A stretch of 64,000 nt of DNA from Cystobasidiomycetes sp. EMM_F5. Its lineage: Eukaryota. Location: NCBI GenBank assembly GCA_051047955.1, contig JBPGPT010000006.1, positions 310,001 through 374,000 of the forward strand, written 5' to 3'. Under the pieces are notes generated by a model. It had not been told where the DNA came from and did no database searches. It saw only the letters and a program-made list of their open reading frames with translations. Below, in pieces: positions 13,195 through 26,220 of this stretch. The number at the start of each line of letters is the position of its first letter. The stretch's first letter is position 1. The translations under genes were made by a program, and so were the position numbers.

Positions 13195-14016
13195 ATGGCG
13201 AAACCAACTTTGTACCATCTTCAGGTGGGTCTTCCCGTCCGTCGGGTTTCGATACTCGGAGCGTTGAAGCTCGACTGGCGTATACACAACAGGACTCGCG
13301 TAGCTTTCGCTGCGAATGGCTTTTGCAAGAACTAGGCGCCGAGCATGAGCTAGTATATTCAAAGCGACACGCCAATAGAGCGGCCGAGGAATTTCGGACA
13401 GCGCACGCTATGGGCAAAGCCCCTATGCTCGTCCTGGAAGACGGCAAGACCATCATCACCGAGTCTGGTGCTATTTGCGAATACATCATCGACGTATACG
13501 CTACTCAAGAGCAGAAGGCCCAATTTTATGCTGGAAATGATCCGTCGCAGCGCGCTCGTGTCCGCAGCTGGAGTTACTTTGCTGAAGGCACGCTCTTGAC
13601 GCATGCGATAGTGAGGCGATTGCTGCTCTTGGAGAGATGCTGGCCCAAGTACTGATTCGGGGCTGCTTCAGTCCATCACGTACTCTCGCTGGTTCTTGCC
13701 GGAGGAATACAAAGCGGCTCTTCCGGCCATGGAGACCAAGCTGGCCCCAAACGTGAATAACGATCTCAAGTACGTCGAAGCGACACTTGCAAGTAACGCG
13801 AGCGGATTCTTGGTAGGCGACCATCTCACTCTCGCCGACATCATGCTTGCATTCTCTGTTCACTTCGTCTTGGCAAGAGGTCTGGGAGCCAAGTGGGAGG
13901 ACGATGCTTATCCAAAGACCAAGGAATGGATCCGGAGACTACAGAAGCGCGAAGCGTGGATCGCTGCCACAAAGCAGGGCGAGGATAGCTATCTTTTAGA
14001 CAGCATTGCCAATTAA
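13195..14016 (+). CDS. Glutathione S-transferase (Gtt1-like)
   Basis: MAKPTLYHLQ-DSRSFRCEWLLQEL, MGKAPML..ITESGAICEYI, FLVGDHLTLADIML; two introns. Confidence 0.92.
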
Positions 14017-14048
14017 ATAGTATAGCTTGTCGATTCATATGCAAGAGA

Positions 14049-15753
14049 CTAAAAGTCCAGCAGCGCAGGATCGTGTCGAAGTGACTTGCCGTGGTTTGGA
14101 TGTGAGGGCGCTGCGCTGTCTCGCTGACCGAGGATACCGCTTGGATTTTCGTTCGGGTCATCGTCGAATCGGATCTTCCGTCTCTCAAGCTTCTTCTTTC
14201 CCCCCACTTTTGTGGAAGGGAGAGTGACTGAAGCCGTTGCGTTGGACTCGTTCTCCACCTGCGCGGTATCGACACTATCGCCAACATCTTGCGCGGAATC
14301 TGTATGCAAAGGTGTGGGTGTGGTCGATGACACATCGTGAGGGGGTAATGTGGGTGCCGGTGTAGTCCGTCGCTCATTCGTGCCACCACCTTCGTCGAGA
14401 TGTAGTGTCTCGACAACTAGGCCCCTTTTACGACGAAGCTTAAAGCCGAGATTGTTGTCCATTCCCCCCGCACCAGAGCTCGTTGACTGGGAGCCTGTGC
14501 CGAGACCGCGGAGAACGCTGAGCTTGGCACTGGGAGGCAGCAATGAATTTGGCGTTGGGAGTCGACGAATGTGCAGGAAACCAGAGTATGTTGGGAATAT
14601 CGCGCTCAAGCTTGGCGAGTCTGTATACATTGTCACGTCAGCAAACGCAACAAAACATGTGTACAGAAGATTGTCTTGCCTGCAAAGCTCTCTAGCTCTA
14701 TTACAGCATCGCATGCCCATTCTAGCCGGCGAAGCAAGGCAGACCCTTCCTTGATCATTCGAATGTGATTGGCGGGCATGGTCAAGACCGCGGCAGCAGG
14801 CTTATCCGTTGTGTGCTCTCGGAGGATGATCTTCAATCTCATCAAGAATCTGTATATCGCCTGTAATACCGTGTCAATTACCAAATATACCGAACTTCTC
14901 AATAGCAAGCGTACATTTGCTTGAAATTCGCCCCAGGCTAGAGACGTAATCGACTGTATTGCTACACGCGTGGGGCCAGTCGCCCTGATCACATTGATAG
15001 ACTAGTCAGACATATCTACAGGGTGGCTGAAGTCACTGTAGCCCACTCTGATAGGCGAGCTTGTACAGACTCCAACGCCGCATTGTATGGATCACCTGCG
15101 GTTGTGCCTTCCCGATACACGTCACACGTATGCAGTCGGTCGGCTCGCTCATTGACTGACACATCCAACGTCTTTGTCAGGTCAAACATTGAACAATATG
15201 GCAGCTGAGAGCCGTCGAAAGCTGATGTCGAGTGCGAGACAGATGTCTGAAACTTCTTCAAGCCTTGATATCGGAATGCGATCTTCATGTTCTGAGCGGC
15301 TTCGGCTAGTGCAGCGTCTGTTGCGTCGTCTGCATTATCTCCCTCGTCGTCGTCGTCGCTTCGGGTCGATGAGGATGAGCGAATCTTGCCTGCATTCGTC
15401 TTTGCTCCAGAGTCATCTTCTGCATGCGGTAGCTTTGCAATAATCGCTTCTGGCGTTGCGTCGAGGCTGCTGCTCACAAGACAGACTCGATGCCCGCTCA
15501 CGAGACCCTGGGCGACCCAATACCGCAGTAGCAGCTTGGCGTAGCTCGTGTCTGCATCTTCTTCCAACAGCAGAATACTGCCAGCTGGCACTCCCCCGCC
15601 GAGAATATCGTCCAAGCTCGCTACGCCCGACGACAGAAGCAGCGATGAATTGTACGGCGAGACGCGGACTCCGCCGGGCGTTGAAGTGGGAGTCGCAGCA
15701 TCAGACTGAGCCGCGTCGGTGCTGATGCTCCGCTTCTTGAACGATGACCGCAT
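14049..15753 (-). CDS. ELP4: Elongator complex subunit 4 (PAXNEB)
   Basis: SSGVASLDDILGGGVPAGSILLLEED..YAKLLLRY..AQG, MKIAFRY, NNLGFKLRRKRGLVVETLHL, C-terminal LDF. Confidence 0.92.
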
Positions 15754-15869
15754 GTAGCTGTGTGAAGCAAAGCCAAGTAGGCTGATCGGGTCTGGATATC
15801 CTGTATTCAAGTTCTAATTGATATTGTTATTTGACTGACTGGACACCTCTGCTTTGACTGCCTCACACA

Positions 15870-17051
15870 ATGTCCCTCGAGTCTGACGCCGCGTTTCATG
15901 CCCGCCAGCTGTTTGCCCAGGGTGCGTCCATATCGAGTCCTGACCTGGCCGCGTTTGTCGTGGTGTTCTAGTCCTGAGGCGTAAAATATTCATTCTACAG
16001 GCGCCTACTCTGCGTGCATATCGACCATCGACTCGCTCGGAGCCTCAGTCTCGCCCGCTCTCAGGCTCTACGCTGCCCGGTCTCACATTGCCCTTGGCGC
16101 GTACTCCCAGGCAACGTCCATAGCCAATAGCATCGATACTCCGGCTGGCAAGGCGGTCAAGCTGCTGGCGGATCATGATCAGGCGAATGGCAAAGATGGG
16201 GGTGCCGCTGCGGATGAGGCCTTTGAATTGCTAGAGGAGCTCGGACAGGACGCCGATGGAACAACGCGAGCTATAGCTGGGACCATCCTAGCTGGCAATG
16301 AAGACTACAAACAGCATGCAATAGAAGTATTGAAAGCTGGTGCCGCTGCCGAAGATCAGGAATGGTAAAGCCCACGCATTCTCTATATACTCACTCTATA
16401 CGCCGACATGCTGATCAGCTCACGTCCTCAGTGTTGCTCTCTTGATTCAAATCTACCTCTCGCTGGACAGACTAGACTTGGCAAAGTCGACGTATGCAAC
16501 AGCCAAAACATGGGCGGAAGATTCGCTCATCATTCAATTATGCGAAGCGTGGATAGGCTTGAAGCAGGGTGGGCAGGATGAGGCTCCTGGTTACCAAGCT
16601 GCATTCTACTGCTACGACGAAATCTCTGGTATGCCGAGCGCCAATAGTCCAGTAGTACTGAACGGGAAGGCTGTCACGCAAGCGGCGCTACATCGCTGGC
16701 CAGAGGCAGAGGCGCCATTGGCGGAAGCTGCAAACATTGTGAGTGGACTTGCAAGCCATTGAATTCAACCTCACCTATGGTGTCTTTGCGCGATACATAG
16801 AATGCGAATGACTCGACGACACTGGCCAATACTTCAGCTTTTTCAGTCCTGACAGGCAAGCCAGCGGAAGCATCTCAACAAGCCTTGGAGTACGTGCTTT
16901 GCCTCGTCTTTGCATTCATATACTGACATGCGTGTAAACCAGGTCATTGAGAAGGGTGGCACCGCAGCATGTTCTCCTTCAAGACCTGGCCGCAAAGTCT
17001 TCTATGTTTGACGAGGCGGCAGCCAAGTTTTCCGTGTCTGCAAAAGCGTGA
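15870..17051 (+). CDS. SEC28: Coatomer epsilon subunit
   Basis: MSLESDAAFHARQLFAQGAY, LIQIYLSLDRLDLA..WAEDSLIIQLCEAWIGL, AFYCYDE, FDEAAAKF; four GT-AG introns. Confidence 0.9.
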
Positions 17052-17213
17052 ATGTACTGTATGGCAGGTTTCTCCGGATCATGTACAATCATAGACCACT
17101 TATACGAGAAAGGCGATTTGGTTAGAGATACCACTTTCCCACTGACTCCAACAACAAGACTAAAGGGAAATCCTCTACAAGGCTTGAGATAGACGGCTAG
17201 GCTTTCCGTCTAC

Positions 17214-18026
17214 TCAAAACATCTCAAATATTAAGAATTCGGCCTGCTTTGGACCCTTGCTCGCGATCTCGAGCGGAGACTCGAGCTTGCTGTCAATGAA
17301 GAGCGAGTCGCCTTCCTCTAGTGTACAGTGCTCCGTTCCCGAGGTGATGTCAAGCACGGCTCCACCTTGTATCGCTTTCTCAGCTGGCTTGCGATATCCA
17401 CTTCGCATAATGTTGTGAACGAGGATCTTGTTGGAATTAGATTTTGCATGGAAGGGTATCGATTTACTGGGCGTCAGAATGCTCGCGTGGACGCGAAGAT
17501 TGGAGTGTACGGGTGCGGGACCATTGGCATTGCGTTCGTCAACGACATCGGCATCCTCAACCGGCGCAACGATGGTCACAATCTTGTCCGTCTTGTCTTG
17601 ATCACTAAACTCGCGATTGTAGTATTTTGGCGGTAAGCGAGACTTGTTGGGTTTCGCCCACATTTGCAGAAAGTGCACGGGGACGTCCTTGTTGCGATTG
17701 TACTCGGAATGACGTATGCCTGTACCAGTGGATGTCATTTGTACTTCTCCTCGCTTCATAATCTCCAGATTGCCCATCGAGTCTTTGTGCTCGAGTTCGC
17801 CGTCGACAATATACGACCATATCTCATATTCGCTGTGGCTGTGTGTGCCAAATCCTTCGCTGGGTTCGACTCGATCTTCATTGATTACACGAAGAGATCC
17901 AAAATCTTGGAAACGCTCGGATGGGTCATAGTACGCTGCGAAGGGGAAGTGGTGATACGTCTTCAACCAGCCATGATGAGCATGACCGCGGTCACCGGAT
18001 TTTTTGACGTGGAACTTGGTGGACAT
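17214..18026 (-). CDS. Pirin-family bicupin (YhhW-like), intronless
   Basis: DRGHAHHGWLKTYH, FGSLRVINEDRV, GFGTHSHSEYEI, GTGIRHSEYN (metal-binding H-x-H..H-x-E), HFLQMW. Confidence 0.93.
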   Translation of the reverse strand: MSTKFHVKKSGDRGHAHHGWLKTYHHFPFAAYYDPSERFQDFGSLRVINEDRVEPSEGFGTHSHSEYEIWSYIVDGELEHKDSMGNLEIMKRGEVQMTSTGTGIRHSEYNRNKDVPVHFLQMWAKPNKSRLPPKYYNREFSDQDKTDKIVTIVAPVEDADVVDERNANGPAPVHSNLRVHASILTPSKSIPFHAKSNSNKILVHNIMRSGYRKPAEKAIQGGAVLDITSGTEHCTLEEGDSLFIDSKLESPLEIASKGPKQAEFLIFEMF

Positions 18027-18678
18027 GTCTAGGGAACTGTGGTCAGCATTAAACAAGGCTTCAGTCGCAACAGACCTACTTGAGCTGTGGCGGATGTTGC
18101 CCCTAAGAACAGAAGGTAATCGCTTCGATAGATAGAAAGCCAGAATGGCAGCGACAAGTGCGGATAGTGCGACTTTGAGATGGAAGTGAATGATGGCTGG
18201 ATGTTCTGAGTTTGCTTTTCGAAGAAAACGGGATCAAGAGCAGCATGTCGGACAGGCAAGCTTATACGCCGGCAGGATTACCGACGTGACTTTCGGTACC
18301 TAATTTGGTAATTCTGAACTGGCTGACTTTCATCATGGATAGCGACCCATCTCGAATGACCGAGCAGAATTTGGTCGACACCCGCCAGTAAGCAGTAGAT
18401 GCAAGTCAGCAGCGACGAATACCTTGCGAGTGATGATAAATTTTTTTCGTGTTACAAAAATATCAATGAGCTAGATATGACAACGAATGCGACGTGTAAC
18501 GCATCGGAACATGAATAAACGCTTTAGAATAGCGTATCAAACTATTAGATTTGTGAAGGATTAGATTAGAAGTAGCGAAGAACATTAAGGTCGTGAAGTG
18601 CGAAAATTAGATCAATCTATCATGAAGAGCGTCTGTGTGGAGAGCTTGCGGAGACTTCCTCGCCTCGAGTAGGACAGC

Positions 18679-21264
18679 TCAATAGGCGTCCATGTCGATT
18701 GTGCCAATCCAGTCGACGCGTTCGGCATCCTCGAAGCGAGCAAGAGTCTCGGCATCGACATCGTCGCGGCCGTACATGGTGTCGATCCACTCGACAAGTC
18801 TGGCCGAGACGCAGTTGAGTACATCGCCAGTGGTCATGTGCTCACGAATAGGGAAAGGAGCAGGAGTGCCGAAGACTGATTCTTGTATTTCCTGCACGCC
18901 TTGAGCAACGGGTGCTACGAAGATTTCGGGAGAGGAAAAGTAGGCATCATCGCTGTGGAAGGAGGCCTCCTCAGTGTAATAGCTTCCGATAGTTCCATCC
19001 GAAATGACCGATTCCGTCGCGTAATCGGATGCATAGCCATCATCGCTCATTGGGAGAGGCTCGGTATCGGCATCCGAGTCTGGCATATAGCCGGCCTCAT
19101 CCTCCTGGTAAACGTTGCCACCTGCACAGCATGCGCCATGGCATACAAACGCCTCGGGCGGAGTACCTTCGAAAAGGTCGGCAATGGCATGGCCAATATC
19201 GGATCCAACTTCGGATGCAACGGAAGGAGATTGCATTTCAACAGAAAGTAACAATTCTCGCGGGAATGGAACGCCGATAGGCGGAAGGTAGGAGGGAACA
19301 TTGGCGCGTGGGAGTGTCTGAGCACGGTCTTCGTTGGAGACAGTCGTCAAATTGTGATAGACGCGAGCAGGGTTGACAGACTGGAATTGTCCTGGCAATG
19401 CATGCGGGACATAGGCGATGCGGGCCGTATTGTGAGTAAGGGTATTGACAATGGTAGGAGCATCGAGACCAAAGCGATGAGCAGCAACTGTGAGCCAGTA
19501 AGGTCCGACTCCTTCGTTAGGGACATCTGGGCCAGGGCTGGCGGAGACGACGTTATGGGTAATGTCGGCGGCAGGGCGGAGAACAGCTCTGCCTGCGGTG
19601 TCAACCTGAAGAGATAGCTGCAGGTTGGTAGATGGAGCAGGAGCTAATACTTGATTGGCACTTGAAGCCGTCTCTCCAAACTTGATTGATGGGAGAGTGT
19701 TGCGACGAGGAGAAATTCCCGAAGTGGTGAGTCGAGCCTTGACACTTGCATCAGAACCACTTCTGGTAGATCGGTTCTTGAGTTGTGCGATGACGAGAGG
19801 CGAGTCGTTAGCAGCTATTGTTCCCTCGCTATCATTGGCCGAGTGAACGCGCGCTCTCTTGTTTGATGCGTCGGCTACAGGCTTGATAGCAACGCCCGGT
19901 GGGAGTTTGCGCTTGGTGCGACCAAAGAAAGAGGCTTCCTCGAGAGCAGCGCGTTGGCGCAGTAGTTCGCTCAGCTTCGGCTTTTTGACTACCTGTGGAG
20001 ATGCAACACCACCACCAAGCATAGGAGTAAACTGAGGTGGACGGAAGATCTTTTCGATAGGCGAATCGGGGCTGTCGTGCTGGTTGTCGACAGCGCGTCG
20101 TTGTCTGAGCGGCGCGGCTGGCTGGAAGACAGTACCAGCGGGCAGCTGAGGAGTGATGTATGAATGCGGACCAAGTACACTGTTTGGCGCTGAAGCAAGG
20201 GCTCGACTATGGCATGTCATCGAGGAGAGCGTTGGGCTGTAAGGATCAGGCGAGGCAGAGGATTGGGGATTGTATCCACCGGTGCCGATGACGGGCGGCA
20301 GCTGAACTTTTGGCGCAGCGAAATTGAGGGCAGGTCCAGGTAGAAAAGAAGGACGAGCTGGCAGCTGAGGGTGCACCAAAATCTAGTGGGCGGTGTGAGT
20401 GGACTAAATTGGGAAGCATAAACAGGGCAAGAGAACATACTTGATTGCGGCTGGCAGGTTTTGCCGGAACACTTGACGGAGAAGTATGGAATTGAAAGCC
20501 TCCAATACAGATTATCTTTGCGGCCTTAAGAATCGACTGTGCGATCTGTAGAGGAGAATGAGCAAGAGAAGCATGGAATAGAAGGAGATTACACACTTCA
20601 GAGAAACAGAAAGTGACGAGGACATGGCATGGACGACGACGGTCTGCATCTTGGGCAATCTCGATGGCGGCTACGTCGCTGTGAAGCATTAGACTCTGCG
20701 TCAGTATTGATGTAGACCATGAGAGATGAAGAAGGTCCATGCTTACCCGCTGTAGAGTAGTGTATCGAGAATGATTGCCTCGATCATCTCGCTTGGTGAA
20801 AAGTAGTCGCAGTCGAGACGAACAGTATAGTCGTCGTGGTTGAGTGGCTTTTCCGTGGCATGGTGGTCATAGTCATTGCGGCCATAAGAGGAAGATGTCG
20901 AGCGAGGATGGATCTCCCCTTGCGATGGAATAGTGAAAATGCCCAGACCCACTCCGCCTGTTGACAAAGATGGCTGGATTGGAGAGTAAGGAGCAACATT
21001 TCTGTTTGTCGGCAGAGGTGCGATGGGCCGAGCGGGGAGAGACAGCGGCAGACTGGGAGTGGTGCCTGCGGAAACGCGTGGAGCGGTGTGGTGTACGCCA
21101 GATCTGAAGCTTGCGCCCAGTCGCATGGATGGCGACTCGCTCAAGGACCCTGCATCCGACGACGAGTTGTTTGTGTTTTGGCGAGTGCGACCACCTTGGC
21201 CCTGGTAGCAGAATGCGTCATTTGCGCGCCATGGATGCTGCGAGGTAGTAGCCGTGGCAGCCAT
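18679..21264 (-). CDS. Large low-complexity protein with a putative degenerate RRM and acidic C-terminus
   Basis: ORFs 20743-21264 and 18679-20379 are joined through two small internal exons by three GT-AG introns. Confidence 0.65.
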
Positions 21265-21709
21265 AGTGGGAATTGACTGGAGGGCTGCGTGGGAAAGTGT
21301 TTGTATTTTATGTGAGAGGTTTGAGCGTGATTACTATTGTGTTTACGATAATGTGACGCGTCAGTCGAGGTAATGTCTCAATCAGCTGTGCGAGGATTAA
21401 TGAAATTTGTAATGAGAAAAGAGAGGGAGAGCAGCAAATTGCAAATGGCCAATTCCAAATTGCAAATCGTCCGACGAGGCTGGTCGCTGCAGCCAACGAC
21501 GCGACGTCGTGTCGGGGCTGGTTGCACCCAAACATAATCGGTGGCGGACGGTCTGTGCGAAAAAGTTCAGTAGTGGCGACAAAAGTGCCACAGCAGCAGA
21601 AGCGCGACGAGGGGAAGGATGTCAACAAGAATAAACAACGCATGCACGACTCGCTGTGCGGTATATAATAATTGTCGCTCGCCCTCTGAGTATGGCGACC
21701 ACATCCCGC

Positions 21710-24057
21710 TTACACAAACGAGAACCGCTCGCCTTCGCTAGGGTCGCACATTCGCCGTGCGTCCACAGTACCTACAATACGCTCCAGCCGCAGCATGTCG
21801 AAGCGACTGAAATCCACCTGACAGGCCACTTCGTTTGCTTCAAGCATCACTTCGGCATCCTCTGCCAGAGGGGCATTCTTGCTCGCTGCAGAAACGCTCC
21901 TCTTCAGGAACGGATACTGCAGGTACTCTGCATAAAACTCTGGGTGGTCGGGTAGGGCATAGAAGACTATCGTACGCGCTCCTCGAATCTTGTAGCGCCG
22001 GTAGAAGTGAAACCGCTCTGTAATGAGGAGAAATGAAATCTTGCCGCTGAAAAAATTTGAGCGGGCGCGCGAGACTTCACTATTGCTAGAGTACTCTGAC
22101 AGGACGGAGTAGGAGACATCATCGAGCGTCTTGAAGTAGGCTCGTACGCGAACGAAGTCAAAGTAGGAAGGGATAAATATGATGGTGTTTGAGGATGCCA
22201 CTGCAGATTTTCGGATGGCAGGCAGGGTCTGAAGAGACTGTCGTCAATGATGTTTTCTGACAACCCTCTGCTTGCATAAACACACCTTTGTCGTAAAATG
22301 TTCAAATCGAGCTTCGTCCTCGCCCTGCAAGCTAGGCGCATGAAAGCGAGTGAATGTCTGCTTGACGCCAGGCTGGATGCGCGAGAGTACACCATCATAC
22401 TGTGCCTCGGTACGTATCTTGCCAGCTACGTTGGCTAATGCCTTGCTATATAAATGCCGCATCTCTGGCGTGTCGTAAGCGGATAAGAGGATGGTCTGTC
22501 GAAGTTTGCCCGCGTTGCCGTCCAGATACCACGGCTTGACTCGTGAAAAGTCTGCTCCATGCGCTTCTTTGGGTATTTGGTTCAGATGATCAAACACAAA
22601 CTATGCAGAAAGAACATGTCAGACGATAGCAGTCTGAATCGTTTGAGACATACCTGAACATGCTCCCAGTTCTGCATTTGCAAGACATCCAGTTTGTCTG
22701 CTACCATGATTTCGATGGATGACAGGAAGTCTGCATTTCTGATGGTTTGCATCATAGTCAGCTGAGTCCTCCGCTTTCTTTCGATGTCAAGCACAGCTTT
22801 ACCTGTCCTTTTCAATACTCGTTCTCAGGCCGAGCGGACTCGCAATGATGAGGTCACTCTGATAGAATTCCGAATACAGCTTAAGGCTCTTTCTCGTTAT
22901 CTTGATACCAACTCGGAAAGTATCGTCAATATTGCCTTTGAAGTTATCCCGATGATCCGGTGGGTACTTTGGATACCCCTCTGTATCAATCTCGTTGCTT
23001 GCAAGCTTGTCTACTGCGCCGTCAGGCAAGCTGAAATCTTTGTCGAATCGAGCACTGTTTTCAATCTGACTCGCAAGTGCAAAAGTCTTGATATGCCGCA
23101 TCCATTCTAGAGCTGTATTGCGGAACGGAACGAGTATTAGGACTTTGGGTCGAGTAAAGCCTTGATCTCGTGTTTCACGCTCGCTGGCATCGGTGCCTCC
23201 TTTACTGACGGACGCATGCGCCAAAGCCTCGTTATTTTTAAGAATACGTGTTCGTGTCTTCTGAATATGATTCATAGCATGCGCTGTCGCTGTCGCTCGA
23301 AAAGAGTCCTGCTCGTCGAGCTGCATGCGGGCGTGGAAAAGGTCGGTGTAATTGCCTATAAGTCGCATGAGCTCTGCCGGCAATACTGTTTGCGCAAAGC
23401 AAATTAGATCAGCGAGTCGGCTTATACCTTGTATTCTCGTATTCGCCTCACTGGCACTTGACAGACGCTTTGTGTAGCTTTCGAATTTTGCTTGCAAGCG
23501 GGTATTCAGCTAAAGTCTGTTTTAGCCTGCTTGCGCACAACATGTACTAATATATACATGCTTACGACCGGCGTCAGGTCATCGCTTCCTGAGTTCTGCT
23601 CTTCCAGCTTTGATATCGCCACTCGACCCAGACGAGCATTATGCGACCGTGTTGTCTTCCAATTTCCTTCCGTGACGGCAGCTAGTGCTTCTTTCGTCAG
23701 TAGTTCGGGCTCGGTCGCGAAGTGTCTTTTGTACGGGTCTGTGCTTGCGGCTTAGAAGATACGCAAGTCAAACAGGCGACCAATGCAATGATTTTGGTCA
23801 TTGAGCTCACTAGCTTCTGTTTCGTCGTCTTCCCCCACATCGGCTCCTGCGACTCCATTACTTGTGCTCTCGCCGTTCGCTTCAGCAGCCAGATCTTCAT
23901 TGCGGCCATCCGGTATTGCTGCTTTGGATTTCTGCAGCTTGACTTTGCGTGCAACTTCGTGCCAGTCTTCTCCGGCTTTCCGCTTGATCTGTCTCCGCTG
24001 GCTCGAAACATTCAGCAGTGTAATGAGCTTCACTCTGGCTCGCTCTTCAGCAGACAT
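21710..24057 (-). CDS. UTP25: U3 snoRNA-associated protein 25 (Utp25/DEF)
   Basis: RDQGFTRPKVLILVPFRN, FKGNIDDTFRVGIK, YSEFYQSDLIIASPLGLR, MQNWEHV, DFSRVKPWYLDG, IFIPSYFDFVRVR, TERFHFYRRY. Confidence 0.96.
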
Positions 24058-24216
24058 GGTTCGTATGCTAATGACGGCGAGATGATACCGGTACAGACGA
24101 GGTCATGCCGGCCTTGATCGCGACAAATGAGTTTTGAATGCAACTATCGATACACTGAAGGGTATATTGTGCAGTCACTAATGCTACGCTTCGCATCCTT
24201 GCTCCGTCCCGCCTAC

Positions 24217-26220
24217 TCAGAAAGAATGCTCCGTGGAATCTTTACCCATTGCTGAAGTGGCGCTTGAGCCAGCAGATACGCCTGGCATGTAGCTTGTCAG
24301 TCCGCGGAGATGCGGTCCGGTGGATTATGTGCTCACTCTGCAGAATGCGATCCACCATTGACGCTCCGCTCCATTTCTGATGCGTCAAAACATCACAGCC
24401 AACCTCCTTCTCTCGTCGCTGCACTAGCTCGACGTAAGCCAGCATGCCATCCGTCTTGAATCGCTCTGCAAGCTCGGCTTCAAATATCCGCCTCGTCAGT
24501 CTGGCATGCGGTAAAGAGCCCCTGTTGCACTCACCAGTAATAGTGGCACCGCTGTGGAGGCCAGCCAGACTGATGAGCTGGAGCACGAAGCCCTCCTTGC
24601 CCAGGTCCCAGATGAAGTTCTTCAAATCCGTATTGTTAAAACCATGAGCTGCCCAGTTGAAAGATGGAGACAGGTTATACACAAGCCATCTGGACGATTG
24701 CCTCTCAGCTTCGCTTCATGTGAGCAGTGATCGTGGTCAAGCTTACTTTCCTGGATTCTTCTCCCGCAGCCTTCGTGCGAAATTCCTGGCCTGTTCGAGG
24801 TCCGGCGACTTCGTCTCTAGCCAAAGCATATCCGCATGAGCCGCAAATGCTTGGACTCGCTTGATAGCGGGCTCGATACCGCCTTTGTAATGGTAGTATC
24901 CTTCCCGCGTGCGCGGAAGGTCCCAACTCCAGCCCACGTCTTCTCCTAGTATCGCTCGCGCAGCATCACGACATTGCCGATTGGAAAGACCGCGGTCCAG
25001 CGTGCCAGCAAGATATGTTTGATAAGCCGAATCGGGATCTTTGATATTCGGTTGCCGCCTGATGGCATTCTGCACGGCCTCATCAAATGTCACAAGCTCG
25101 ACGCTATTCATCCATCGCTCTTCTATGGCACTAATCTCTGCGCCACTTGCTCCATTGGCTTCTGCTATCGCAATAGCTTCGCTGAGAGGAGCTGCGTTTT
25201 CACGACCTTCGGTCTCTACCCCGAGAATAAAGGGGTGATCTCGAATGTCGATAGTGGAGCTGATGAGCTTTGCGCTTTCAGCATCCGTACGCGCAATGAG
25301 TAAGGTCTCCAATCCCATGATGTCCCATTGCATGCGGGCGGCTATGAGGCGAGAAATATGATCGCTGAACGGAACGAGGACTTTTCCAGCTTGGTGACCG
25401 CACTTCTTGCCTCCGTGCAGTTGATCTTCAAAATGAACAGCAGCAGCACCGGACTCCCCAAATGCCTTCGCTAGCTTCATCACGCTCGATAATCCACCAT
25501 GCCTTTGAGCCACACAATTTCAGTAGCATGCTGTACACCCTGTTATAGTCTGGCTCACCCAGTATCACCATCACAGATGATAGGACGGAGATAGTCAATG
25601 TATGGCATGTTTTCTCGTTCTTGTGGGGTTTTGCTCATTCGCTCATCGAAATGCTTGCGGTCATGATGTAATTGCGCTTTGAATATCCTCTGAACTTGGT
25701 TTGGGACAGTAGTGTATGGGTAGTCTGCCAGATCCGGACCAACATCGTTGTTTGCCGTGGTCAGAACGCTACTGCAGGCCCAGCCGCTAACGTAGACAAC
25801 TTCTTGATGCTTTGCCATCTGGGACATTTGGACAGGGTCAATGGCTCCCATAGTATGCACAGGTCTGCCTTCTTTAGCTGCTTTTGTAAATGCTGCAAAA
25901 AGCTTCCTCGCTTGTATATTGGCTGGTGTGTTTGGGTCGACTGGCATTGTTCCTCTTTTCGAGGACACTGCAGCCGCATCATACGGCCGTTTCGTTGCGG
26001 CAAAGCGTGGTGTTGCCCACCAATCTTGAACATCCTTGGTCGCCCTTTCGAAATCCGCTTGCTCGTCTGCGACGCTGGGCGCGTCTAGCCGGAAGGATTG
26101 TCCGGACATATTTCGGAATAGCACTGGCGCTCTGGGAGAGGGACGAGCCAGCAGTCTAGAGCATGTACATGGAAGATGTCGTACTGACCGCAAATGCGGA
26201 ATCAAGGCTTGTCTGAGCAT
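24217..26220 (-). CDS. ICL2: Isocitrate-lyase family, mitochondrial 2-methylisocitrate lyase type
   Basis: [45 protein letters not shown] rather than the ICL1-type WQFITLAG. Arg-rich, acid-free presequence [16 protein letters not shown].. Confidence 0.88.

Noticed and set aside
17160..17216. Cryptic PTS1 by stop-codon read-through (also checked for ICL2, FMO and GST)
   Set aside because: Stop contexts are not TGA-CTA and the extensions I translated do not end in a canonical PTS1.
18430..18610. GTGATGA box C-like motif suggesting a C/D snoRNA
   Set aside because: No convincing box D with a terminal stem or rRNA guide. Better explained as the AT-rich 3' region of the neighbouring minus-strand gene.
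20383..20746. Apparent long intron possibly hosting a snoRNA
   Set aside because: Resolves into three short introns and two coding exons.
21434..21467. CAAATTGCAAAT repeated twice upstream of the RRM-like gene
   Set aside because: Short, could arise by slippage, and I cannot assign a factor to it.
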